Shown here in pieces: positions 33,432-54,000 of a stretch of DNA of 64,000 bases. The DNA is from Eledone cirrhosa (lineage: Eukaryota): positions 362,824,001 to 362,888,000 of the forward strand of contig OZ024740.1 of NCBI GenBank assembly GCA_964016885.1. The letters run 5' to 3'. Position 1 is the first letter of the stretch, and the number at the start of each line of letters is the position of its first letter. Under the pieces are notes generated by a model. That model did not search any database. It was not told the DNA's origin and saw nothing but the letters and a program-made list of their open reading frames with translations. The translations under genes and the position numbers were made by a program.

Positions 33432-33916
33432 CAAACACTTTAATACATGAATACACTTACATCTAACTATACACATCAAACATATATATATATTTACTTA
33501 TTTATATACATTTTCACATATATATACATACATATGGTCGCTTTTAGACACATTCACTATAGCATATTCGCACCTATTCTCATCAGCATATCTTTCCATT
33601 ATTAGTGTGGTAATTTAAGGTTATTAATATACATATATATGTTGAGAAGAGATTGTTTTTATATTTTTCTAACTAGATTGAGGTTTATATAGTTGGGGGG
33701 ATGTCCCTCTTTTATGTAATATTCAGCTTGTAGTGGGAAAAAAGGGTTTTAGTTCGGTGACGGCAGAATAAATTCCTTTTAACTAAACTGTATCCATTTA
33801 AATCCTTCTATTTTTCTCCGGATTACTTTTGGAACTACAACTGGAACCGTCGAGCAAACTCTACGTGAGCTGTCCATCTACTGTGTAATATTTATATTAC
33901 AACACTACGGAAAATA

Positions 33917-33920
<4 letters not shown>
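32712..33920 (-). mobile_element. Decayed Naiad-type 3' fragment with HHR and inverted 5' terminal copy
   Basis: Minus-strand remnants KCKHKTNHAYLYY (~33075-33115) and LSTYI resemble the Naiad endonuclease end; 32712-32754 is inverted at 33767-33809. Confidence 0.65.
32750..32870 (-). ncRNA. Type I hammerhead ribozyme with ~90 nt stem II region (GUC site)
   Basis: Minus strand: ttatt CTGATGA [long insert] GAAA cacctg TC aataa. Confidence 0.65.
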
Positions 33921-33984
<64 letters not shown>

Positions 33985-34394
33985 ATATACGCTAAGGGCC
34001 AAACACACTGAGATGGTGGTTAAACAAATCATCCGCACAGCCAAAGAAACGACCAAGTAATTCGGGTCAAACAATAAAAATATATGTGATTGAAAATTTA
34101 CCCGGACCCCTGGAAGGTTGGTAAAATCCAGTATTTGTGTTTCTGCGACTCCATAAATCAAGTATTGTCCGCTTACATAAAAAATGTTAGGCTTCTAGTA
34201 AGATGATTGAAGAAGGAAGCCGCTTTATCAACAGGTTTTTGCTCAAATGCTAATCATAAGTGTGACTATTACTGACCCCACGTGGAGTTCAACAAGGGAG
34301 GCAACACTTATTTTAGGCGAATGAATTCAGTTGTGTATAATATTGCAAGAATGCAAAATATCACAAATCGAATAAAGCTCTCGACAATATATAT

Positions 34395-39165
<4,771 letters not shown>

Positions 39166-39167
39166 TG

Positions 39168-39261
<94 letters not shown>

Positions 39262-39265
<4 letters not shown>

Positions 39266-39693
39266 AAAGTTTTATTTAAAATTGTTGGGTTACAACAAGT
39301 AAATATTTTATAACTGATATAAAGCACTCGATAAGTTTTGGAGTAGATATACGATATTAAACAAATGGAAACTATATTTATAAAAGCATATCTATTTCAT
39401 TATACATATTTCGGGGATACCATATTAAAAATATGGCATGCCTTCTTCAGATAAAATACAATATATAAACAGTTTTATAAATAATTTTGACGTACCATAA
39501 ATATTGAGCAACCAAACCAGCTCCTACATAACGGTTGCTCAATATTTATGGTACGTCAAAATTATTTATAAAACTGTTTATATATTGTATTTTATCTGAA
39601 GAAGGCATGCCATATTTTTAATATGGTATCCCCGAAATATGTATAATGAATTAGATATGGTTTTATAAATATAGTTTCCATTTGTTTAATATC

Positions 39694-39697
<4 letters not shown>
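39262..39697. mobile_element. HHR palindrome element (~165 bp arms, 19 nt loop) in (TA)n
   Basis: 39347-39513 is the reverse complement of 39533-39699; each arm carries an HHR. Confidence 0.8.
39591..39650 (+). ncRNA. Type I hammerhead ribozyme (AUA site)
   Basis: tttat CTGAAGA aggcat gccatatt ttt aatatggt atcccc GAAA tatgta TA atgaa; mirror copy 39396-39455 (-); relative at 59673-59729 (-) with TTGATGA core. Confidence 0.72.
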
Positions 39698-39762
<65 letters not shown>

Positions 39763-39822
39763 ATATATATATGTATATATAATAGTAATAATAATAAATT
39801 TGAAGACTAAAATCCAAAGAGG

Positions 39823-39883
<61 letters not shown>

Positions 39884-40067
39884 TATATATAAAATATATA
39901 TATATATTATATATAATATATATATGTATATATAATATATATATATATATGTATATATAATATATATATGTATATATAATATATATATATGTATATATAA
40001 TATATATATGTATATATAATATATATATGTATATATAATATATATATATATATATAATATATATATG

Positions 40068-40121
<54 letters not shown>

Positions 40122-40124
40122 TAT

Positions 40125-40610
40125 ATACGTACATATATATGTGTGTGCATGTATGTATATATATATATACATACTACTGTACGTCTGCATACATATATGT
40201 AAGTACGTGTACATACTTATATTTAAATAACAGCCGTACTAAGTGTGAGAAATGAAAGTTCGTTTCATTTTTTCCGTTTATCGTTTTCGGTACCCCGGCC
40301 GATTAGCTCGCTCGATATGCAAATTAGGCTGCTCAGCTGTTAATATGCATAAGGAAAGTATATACTTTCAGACGTTCAACCATCTGGCAGGAAGGTATAC
40401 GTTGCTGACGATAGCTAATAAACTTGAAACTAGTATAGCGTTCCTTTGTCAGGATTGAACAAATGAGCAACGATTGTTGCTAGACACTGTACGGCTTAAT
40501 TCGGGATGTTTGTTTACAAACACACCGAGCATTATAATAAATGTTCGGTGAATCCATACGTACATATATATATGTGTGTGCATATATGTATATATATATA
40601 CATACTACTG
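40125..40610 (+). mobile_element. Monomeric diverged copy of the ~470 bp retrozyme-like family, with terminal direct repeats
   Basis: Homologous to the 58087-59341 unit; 40125-40179 repeats at ~40556-40610; HHR 40399-40441: acgttg CTGACGA tagctaataaactt GAAA ctag TA tagcgt. Confidence 0.8.
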
Positions 40611-41039
40611 AAATAGCTATATATATATATGAATGTATATATAGTGTAATTTGCAATACACTGTATGCTTAATAAAAAGCATTTTGAAGACCTTATGCTT
40701 TTGTTTTAGAGTAGTGACAGACTCACTTACTTTAATTTCAGCAAACAGGGGGAGATAAAGCTGACAAAGCCTTGTTTCTGCATTTATTGATGCTTATCAA
40801 AGCCAACTACTCTTCCCGTTTGCCGAGAACCTGGATGTTTTGGTTCTTATAGAATTCTAGTAAATAATCAGGAACTGATTATACAGAGCGGTTACCGGTC
40901 AAGCAGAAATTAGAAATTAGAATTGTTGCTCTGAAATAGCTATATATATATATATGAATGTATATATAGTGTAATTTGCAATACACTGTATGCTTAATAA
41001 AAAGCATTTTGAAGACCTTATGCTATTGTTTTAGAGTAG

Positions 41040-41046
<7 letters not shown>
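40608..41046 (+). repeat. ~324 bp unit with ~110 bp terminal direct repeat, possible decayed retrozyme
   Basis: 40608-40720 repeats at 40931-41045; agagc..gctct GAAA tagcta TA half-motif, but the upstream core reads CTGATTA. Confidence 0.55.
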
Positions 41047-41892
<846 letters not shown>

Positions 41893-41893
41893 A

Positions 41894-41958
<65 letters not shown>

Positions 41959-41989
41959 GTAAATATAATATATATATATATATATATAG

Positions 41990-42150
41990 ATATGAAAGAC
42001 GTAAAATAAGAAAATTATAAAAATTTATTTACTTACTTTTATAATTTTCTTATTTTACGTCTTTCATATAATTGTTCTGCATCCCCTTGCATTGAACCAC
42101 AAAGTTACTAAGACAAAAACTACATATTTGCTAGCATAGGTATGCATCTG
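41990..42150 (+). mobile_element. Diverged relative of the 566 bp unit with a short 5' inversion
   Basis: 42045-42150 aligns in reverse to 28979-29085 (ttgttctgcat..tgcattgaaccac..tatttgct.gcat..tgcatctg); hairpin 41991-42069. Confidence 0.65.
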
Positions 42151-44078
<1,928 letters not shown>

Positions 44079-44332
44079 CAAATAACGAAACGAAATTAAA
44101 TTTCGTTTCGTTTGTAACTCACTTTTGTATGACTGACGCTTAAACAATTAAGTTAAAAATGTACATCCACATATGTATACTGAAATACTAGTATGCATAT
44201 GAATACACACACGTGTACATATGTAGATGTACCGAGTTTTTCACTGGTCACTTTACTGTGAGTGTCCAGCTATTCTGTATGTAAACACACAGACAAACCG
44301 GTTTTTAGAGTCATACTGGTTTTAGAGGAAAC

Positions 44333-44532
44333 NNNNNNNNNNNNNNNNNNNNNNNNNNNNNNNNNNNNNNNNNNNNNNNNNNNNNNNNNNNNNNNNNNNN
44401 NNNNNNNNNNNNNNNNNNNNNNNNNNNNNNNNNNNNNNNNNNNNNNNNNNNNNNNNNNNNNNNNNNNNNNNNNNNNNNNNNNNNNNNNNNNNNNNNNNNN
44501 NNNNNNNNNNNNNNNNNNNNNNNNNNNNNNNN
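44333..44532. other. Assembly gap (200 N)
   Basis: Run of N. Confidence 1.
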
Positions 44533-44740
44533 TATATATTAATATATATATATATTATACATATTATATATATATATAAATATAATATATATATAAATAT
44601 AATATATATATAATATATATATATATAAATATAATATATATATAAATATAATATATATATAATATATATATATATAAATATATATATATAATATACATAT
44701 GTATATATATTATAATATATATATGTATATATCTATATGT

Positions 44741-44779
<39 letters not shown>

Positions 44780-44960
44780 CATATATATATATATATAAAT
44801 ATATATATATAATATACATATGTATATATGTATAATATATATATGTATATATATATAATATATATATATAATATATATATATAATATATATATGTATATA
44901 TATATATGTATGTAACACACACACATATATATATATATATATAAAATATATATATATAGT

Positions 44961-45002
<42 letters not shown>

Positions 45003-45156
45003 ATATATAAATAATATATATATATATAATATATAATATATATAATATATATATATATAATATATATATATATATATAATATATATAATATATATATATA
45101 TATAATATATATAATATATATAATATATATATAATATATATATATATAATATATAT

Positions 45157-45199
<43 letters not shown>

Positions 45200-45215
45200 C
45201 ATATAATATATATAA

Positions 45216-45284
<69 letters not shown>

Positions 45285-45311
45285 ATTATATATATATATA
45301 TATATATATAA

Positions 45312-45538
45312 TCAGACCCTCCGTCTCAACTCACCTTTTGAAAAGCAGAAGAACTGCGAAACCGGTAAAGGAACCAAATAAATATATATATTTAAAAAAA
45401 AATAAGACTTCAGTTGCATTTCGATTTCATCTCTTTTTCTTTATACTTCCACTCGTGTAGGACACCTCGGTTATTTTTCATTTTGTAAAAAAAACCTCAC
45501 TTTCTATATAATATAATATATATATATATATATATAAG

Positions 45539-45599
<61 letters not shown>

Positions 45600-45681
45600 T
45601 AATATATATCTATATAATATATATATATATACAATATATATATATATACAATATATATATATATACAATATATATATATAT

Positions 45682-45756
<75 letters not shown>

Positions 45757-46072
45757 AAAGAAAAAGAGATGAAATCGAAAATGCAACTGCAGTCTTATTT
45801 TTTTTTTTAAATATATATATTTATTTGGTTCCTTTACCGGTTTCGCAGTTCTTCTGCTTTTCAAAAGTAGAGTTGAGATCCCTCCATTTCAACTCTACTT
45901 TTGAAAAGCACAAGAACTGCGAAACCGGTAAAGGAACCAAATAAATATATACATTTAAAAAAAAAATAAGACTCCCGTTGAATTTTCGATTTAATCTCTT
46001 TTTCTTTATACTTTTACTCGTGTAGGACACCTCGGTTATTTTTCAATTTGTAAAAAAAACCTCACTTTCTAA
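45312..46072. mobile_element. Three solo Neptune terminal repeats (45312-45505 +, 45754-45879 -, 45880-46072 +)
   Basis: Each matches 22920-23115 and carries the TTGAAAA HHR; the last two are joined as an inverted pair. Confidence 0.85.
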
Positions 46073-46094
46073 TATATATGTATATATATATATA

Positions 46095-46170
<76 letters not shown>

Positions 46171-48986
46171 TGTAGTGACCTACATTTCGCGGGCTCACAA
46201 TCATTTTCTGTGCGTGATTTGGCTCAGCTCAGCCAATCAGCGCCAGTAGAAGAGGATGTATCCCTACGCGTTCTGAGGGAGAAATAGCCCGCAAAGATTT
46301 GAGGACGCCACCACTTCCAGGCTAGAGGACTTCAAGGCTTGACCATGCTAAGTAAACACAGCTTGTTCTTTTGCTCCCCCAGTGCAAACAATATGTAACG
46401 ACAAAGCATTACCTACCAGCCTGGCCAAACGCTTTCAGCCAGTCGCCCGTATTTTCTCTTGTAATCTTAATTGAATTATTTCATTTCTCTCGGCATGCCA
46501 ATTTAACTCACTTCTTAACTTCTGTTAATAAATAATGTAAAAACCAAACAAAAGTCGTTTTCGATATTCCTATCATATCTTTCTACCAAACCTGGTTCCT
46601 CGTGGCGACATTACAACTCTCTAAAATACTTCTCCGTTAAATTGGAATTTACATCTTCAAACAAGTCTCCATTTGCAATTTCAACAGAACGTTGAAAGCA
46701 AAATTCTATATCCAGAGAAATTCTTTTTCTTTAATTCTTTTTTTTTCTGTCTCTATCAAACTATGCTCGCAATAATAATTTTCTCTTGTGATCTTAGTTG
46801 AATTATTTTATTTCTCTTGGCATGCCAGCTCAACCTCTGTTAATAAATAATGTAAAAGCAAGCTAAAAGTCGTTGTCGATATTCCTATTATATCTTTCTA
46901 CCAAACCTGGTTACTCGTGGCAACCTTACCAACTTCTAAATACTTCTCCGCTAAATTGGAATTTACATCTTCAAACAAATTGGTGACAACACATCCTACA
47001 CCAAATTGGTGACTCTTCGACGATAAAGAATGAAAACGCAGCCTATTTTAATTCGCCATTCGTTTTAACGGCATTATGGAGTGGCTTAACAAATGGAATA
47101 TTCGAATCGGGTTGCTAGACTCGCTTAGCGTAAGTCCAAATATTTCATAATATTCCATTTGTTGAAGCACACGACCTGCACAATATTTCTGTCATATCTT
47201 TCTGCTGACTCACGCATACAGACGAACAAAAATATACAACACAAAAGAAAGCGTTTTTTTTCGACGTCTAACAAAAAATTCCTCTTTTGGAGTGAAAATT
47301 ATTATTGCGAGCATAGTTTGATAGAGACAGAAAAAAAAAAAAGAATTAAAGAAAAAGAATTTCTCTGGATATAGAATTTTGCTTTCAACGTTCTGTTGAA
47401 ATTGCAAATGGAGATTCAAAAATTTAGTTTTCCCGCGTTCAGATTGTCTTCTTTGATCCCAGCCATCTGATTGGCTGCATCGTGCCACATGACGGCTTCT
47501 TCATCACGGACACATTTTTCGATCGGCCATCATGGAAAATAATTTTTTTCTTTAGAATATTTTCAAATTTTCTTTAGAATTTTTTTTAGAAAATAAAATT
47601 AGCAGTATTTCCGAAACTTTACGCCACGAGGAGATTTCAAAACGGCTACCACCGAGTAACAGCCATCAGCGGCAACGCGTGGCTATATTAACCAACACCA
47701 GGAAACGGCTTGTAACTTTACCGACGCAACCACCATACCTTCTGTCTCAAGGACTCGAGAAATTAAGACATTAGTTTTCTCACCATTATGGCGTCAAACG
47801 TGGCTGCTATATCGGTGACGCTAGGTTCTTCAACGCTCGAATTCGACTCTACAGAAGATTCATTGTGACTTTGCTTTAACAACAATTCTTTCTTTCTTCC
47901 TTTTTTTTTTCAGGCATTTATTTGGGACATTTATTTTTTGTAAACTGTATTATATGAAAATTCATTTCTCTCTATCATTGTATATTGACCGCACGCACAC
48001 ATTTTCTTTGCTGTATTACATGGAACTGCAACTCACCTACAGATTCAACTTGCTTTTTTTCCTTATCAAAGCAACAAGCCATTTTTTTTTGGCTCCATAG
48101 CACATTCGGCAATACGTCTGGGAGGCCATCATTTTCTCGCCAGCACTTGTAAACTACCATAATAGCTTCGTTCACAGCTACTGGTACAACGCTTACCGTT
48201 CACATTTAATGCAAGAACAGCAACTTCGCCCATGTCAGACTTTATCTGTTTTCTGGTAGACCTTTCTCGTCACGTATAATCTGCAAAACAGCTAGTCATT
48301 TGACAGCGGCTCAACACGGCCCGTCGCGCCTAATTTATTTTGTTCTTGCATGTATCTTTCTGCTCAATTATTTTTTCATTGATGTGCTCTTTCAGCATTT
48401 GTTCTTGCTGATTCAATTATCTATGGGTCCTCGGTTTCTTCGTTAACGATTTTCGGCTGAAAATCTGCTCGGAGGTGATGTAGTGACCTACATTCCGCGG
48501 GCTCACATACATTCTCTGCGCGTGATTTGGCTCAGCTCAGCCAATCAGCGCCAGTAGAAGAGGATGTATCCCTACGCGTTCTGAGGGAGAAATAGCCCGC
48601 AAAGATTTGAGGACGCCACCACTTCCAGGCTAGAGGACTTAAAGGCTTGACCATGCTAAGTAAACACAGCTTGTTCTTTTGCTCCGCCAGCGCAAACAAT
48701 ATGTAACGACAAAACATTCCTACGGAGCTGGCTAAACGCCTCCAGCCAGTTGACCGTATTTTCTCTTGTAATCTTAATTGAATTATTTTATTTCTCTTGG
48801 CATGCCAGCTCAACCTCTGTTAATAAATAATGTAAAAACAAGCTAAAAGTCGTTGTCCATATTCCTATTATATCTTTCTACCAAACCTGGTTACTCGTGG
48901 CAACCTTACCAACTTCTAAATACTTCTCCGCTAAATTGGAATTTACATCTTCAAACAAATTGGTGACAACACATCTTACACCAAAT
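46171..48986 (+). mobile_element. Non-autonomous LTR retroelement (probably Gypsy-derived)
   Basis: Direct LTRs starting TGTAGTGACC at 46171 and 48479, ending ..TACACCA (~47003, ~48983); PBS-like TGGTGACtcttcgacg at ~47007 (resembles tRNA-Trp PBS); weak purine tract ggaggtga; no intact internal ORF. Confidence 0.8.
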
Positions 48987-49095
48987 ATATATATATATAT
49001 TATATATATATATACATATATATATATATAATATATATATTATATATATATATTATATATATATATGTATATATATATATAATATATATATGTAT

Positions 49096-49127
<32 letters not shown>

Positions 49128-49135
49128 ATATATAT

Positions 49136-49167
<32 letters not shown>

Positions 49168-49230
49168 ACATATATATATATATATATAATATATATATAT
49201 ATATAATATATATATATATATAATATATAT

Positions 49231-50207
49231 GTAGGAGGTGAGTTTTATTGTAGTATAATAAAGCAATGCAGATATCGGATAAGAAGCACTCTACAGTTTG
49301 TAGGACTGGAGTATACATAATATATAAGATCAAAAGATGGTTAAATGAGTTCCATGTATTTTATTATGCGCATTTTTATGCGCTTTTTTTTTTTTTTTTT
49401 TTCGAGGTTAGATTATTCATCCTCTATTCATTATTTTTTTCTCCTTTCATCTAACTTATTCATGCTCATCTCACAATATATCCTTACTTACATTACTTTT
49501 GGTTTTTTTAATAATACATATCAACATTTTCTTTCCATCGCACATATTATTAAACCCTTAAATATTATTCTTAATACATATTAACATTTCCTTTCCATCG
49601 CACATATTATTAAACCCTTAAATATTATTCTTAATACATATTAACATTTTCTTTCCATCGCACATATTATTAAACCCTTAAATATTATTCTTAATACATA
49701 TTAACATTTTCTTTTTCATCGCACATATTATTAAACCCTTCAATATACAAACCTTAACTTTACATTATTTTTCTCTTCGTTAATTTTCAAATTCTTTTAA
49801 TTTATACATTATCTTCCAACGGTTTTTCAACCTCTCTATGTAAAACAATATATTTTTCTCAGTTATAAAAGATATCTCTCTCTCTCTATCACCCATCTCT
49901 CCTCCTATCTCATTATACTCCTCCCCCTCCACTTTTTACTCTCATCTCCTCCTCTTTTTCATCCTTTCCAATCTCCCCCCCCCCCCCCCTCAACAATTTT
50001 TTTTTCCCCAATATCACACATCAATCTGAAACTATTTTTCATATGTTCATTTAAAACTGCACTATCCACAAGTGTTTTTAACCTTCATATCATGTCTTCC
50101 TATTTTATCTGATGAAAACACAAATGTTATTGCATGATGATATTTGTTTTTGAAATGCGCATAATAAAATACATGGAACTCATTTAACCATCTTTTGATC
50201 TTATATA
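49231..50207 (+). mobile_element. Non-coding PLE-type element with terminal HHR and inverted 5' copy
   Basis: 49321-49375 is the reverse complement of ~50153-50207; internal 60-bp tandem x~4 (49510-49740); TA flanks. Confidence 0.75.
50101..50171 (+). ncRNA. Type I hammerhead ribozyme (AUA site), palindromic stem III
   Basis: tattttat CTGATGA aaacacaaatgttatt gcat gatgatatttgttttt GAAA tgcgca TA ataaaata; 8-bp stem I. Confidence 0.85.
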
Positions 50208-50210
50208 TAT

Positions 50211-50303
<93 letters not shown>

Positions 50304-50961
50304 ATTTATATATAATATATATATATTCATTAGTTAAGAAAAAAAAGACCACAAACTCCACAAGGAAGACATTATTAAAAGATTGTCAACATATTTTAGT
50401 TTGATGTAAGGAATGTAGAGAATAATAATAATAATATTAATAATAATAATGTCCGTTAATATATATATATATATATTATATATATGTATATACATATATA
50501 ATTTAAATATATATATATATACAATATATATATATGTATATATATATAATATATATATGTATATACATATATAATTTAAATATATATATATAATATATAT
50601 ATATAATATATATATGTATATACATATATAATTTATATATATATATATATATATAATATATATATATATATAATATATATATATGTATATACATATATAA
50701 TTTATATATATATATATATATAATATATATATATATATAATATATATATATATATAATATATATATGTATATATATATATATAATTTATATATATATATA
50801 TATAATATATATATGTATATATATATAATATATATATGTATATATATATATAATATATATATATATATAATATATGATATATATATATATAATATATGAT
50901 ATATATATATATAATATATATATGTATATATATATGTAATATATATATGTATATATATATG

Positions 50962-51028
<67 letters not shown>

Positions 51029-51049
51029 TATATATATGTATATATATAT

Positions 51050-54000
51050 ATAATAGTAATAATAATAAAATTGAAGACTAAAATCCAAAGAGGCTCGATA
51101 AGGAAAATATATATCAAATATATAAAAACCGTAGAGCAAATATTTATTAAAATAACAGATTAAAGTTTAAGCAAAGAATCGCTGCTTTCACCCTTAACGG
51201 GATCTTCTGAAACTAACCAAGTCAATCTGTAAACGCAGAACTGGATATTTCAAAAAACGTTGCAACCGGAGGAAGACAGGAAGACGATACTTTGGTTCGT
51301 GGTAACGTTCGCTGGCAAAGAACAGGAAAAAACGAATAATACGTCACTAATAGGAGCGGTGAAAAACAATTACGTGCAAAGAAAGAACCACGTTTATGGT
51401 ATAAAGGAGGTCGTAGACTAATGTTCTCTTAGGTGGTGCATAGAGACGTTCTCTGGCAATGAAAGAAAAAACGAAGATAATATGTCATATGTGGACCGTG
51501 GAGAACAATAGCACGCAAAGACAAAACCACGTAAATGGTATAGCAGAAATCGTAGACTAAAATACTAACTAGGAGACCAAATGAATCTCCGCTACAGAGT
51601 TCAGAACAAAGTAGATAAATACAATACAGAAGTAATAGAAATAAATAAATACATACACGCAAACAAATACGTACATATACAAGCATCCGCAAAACCTTAC
51701 CATAGGTATACGAAACCACGCACATATAAATATGTGTGTGTGTGTATGCTTGTGTACAAATAAATAAATAATTATATAAACGTATATAAGTAAATAAATA
51801 CGTATATAACAAGCGCACGCACATACCTACAAATAAATACACGAATGTTCGGAGACGTAAGTCAACTAAAACAAGAAGTACACATATACGCACACCCACC
51901 ATACGTACGAACCTCCATACTCACGCAGACGCAAAACTCCCGTATACACATAGCCAAACCCTAAATACCAGAATATGTAAAAATTATACGCCATAACAGT
52001 CAAATATACGTACGAGAAGGTATACATACCTTCACAAAACATACGGGTAATATATACTTACCTATGCAAATAACTAAAGGAATAAACAAAACATATACTT
52101 AGCTCCCACATCAAGACGTAAAATATCCACGTATAGATAGTGCTATCCGTTAGGGTATAACGTGGGGCTGTAATACAGGAAAGTTTTGTGCAATTTATGT
52201 TTACAAGCCGAAATTGCCTCGGATTTTTTGTTTAAGATGTGGTCTGTGGCGTAGAGTATTTCCAGGGCCTCAGCGGCGCAGAGGTCACATGGTCTTTTAT
52301 TTCCGTTATACGATCTAGCCCTAGCTAGGATCTCCCAGTGTAACTTATATTGGGTGTGGTTGTCTTTTAGACTCCAGATATAAGCTGAAAGTGACGTCAT
52401 ATTCCTTCTTAGAGGGTAACGAAAAGAATGGGTATGCATGTAAAGACGCTGCTTGAAACTATTGGCGGTTAACCCTATGTAGGCCCTACGGGACGTGGGT
52501 GTTACAACCTTACATTTGTAGACAATGTTACTAGAGAGGCATTTCCCGGATAGGGGGCAATCAGCCCGATTCCTACAATTACAGTTAGTACTAACTACAG
52601 GGTTGCACGTGTTCCTACGGCTAGGTAGTTTAGCTACATTTGAAGCTGTGATGTTATGTGCAAGGTTAGGAGTCGTAGAGTAAGAAATTTTAATAGTATT
52701 TCTATTAAAAATTTTACTATATTTATGTGTAGGGGGAAAATGTTTCGTAATAAGGGAAAGAAAGATCTTAGCTAATGGTGTGGCCACCTCCATATTATAT
52801 GGTGGGTTAAACCAACAAATGCGACGGGATCTATTTCTTCTAGGTCTATTTTCGTACTCTGTATAAGCTACTTTATCGACAAATCCACTTCGAGCAAGAG
52901 CTTCATTGTAATAAGTGGAATGGTCGTTGAAAATGCGCTCGTTGGTGGAAAGACGGGAAAGCTTCAACGAAACGTTTTTTACTAGGTTCTTGGTTATGCT
53001 GGCAGGATGGTTGGAATGCTTACTTATGTAATTAAGCGTATCATTCGGCTTTCTATACGGGTAATACAACCCATTCAATAAATTGAGGGTGACGTCGAGG
53101 TAATTAACGACCGAGAGATTGGCCTCAACCTGTATAGAGAGGTTGAAGCCTTTAAAGAAGGCTGTGAGTTCTTTTCTGAACCTGTCGCAAGCACGAGGTC
53201 CGCACTTAGTCATGGTGAAAAGACCATCGTCACGGTACAAACCACCGCCCGCGTTGGGGAATTCGTCCTTGATAGAGAAAAGAAGGAAAAGGCCAATAAG
53301 ATCAGTAACCTCCGCAGAGTCACTGGCGCCCCTACTCACGTCGAATGGGGTGCTATTGGATTTTTTAATCCAAATAGAATCGTCGAAATTAATCACCGAC
53401 TTTCGGGCATTAAGGATGACATCAACTTCGAAATCCTTAACCACTGTGAGTGTTTTAGCGAAATTGATAGCTCTAAGGAGAAGTGGTAAAGTGATGGAGG
53501 AGTAGTAATTGTTGATGTCGAATTGGATAAAACGGCAATGTTCCTTGTTACATATGCCGTTGAACCAATCAATCACCGCGAAGGAATTGTTCCACAGTGC
53601 GAGAGGGGCCAAACTTCTAATTCCAGGTATAATTCTATCAAGAATCGTTTTACTAAGTCTACCTAAATCGGACTTCTTAGGGTTAATAAGCCGAATAGAG
53701 GGGTTGTTCGGAAAATTGGATTTGTGATCCTTCAGGGTAAAGTGAGGAGAGACAGGGTCCAGAGGTCCGGTCCGGTCCATGATGTTGAGATCAGATGTGA
53801 TTTTAAACCCAGCATCGTTGATTTCATTGATGACACACCGATTAGTTTTACGGTAATCCTTAGTTACAGCATTATGTAGTAGTTTATGGCAAGTACTGCG
53901 CTCCACTTGATATAGGTTGCCAGTTTTGTCGGAATGGACGTGCACGGCGTTAGAATCCTTAATAGAACGAATTCTATTCTTCAGGTCTAGCTGGAAGGAA

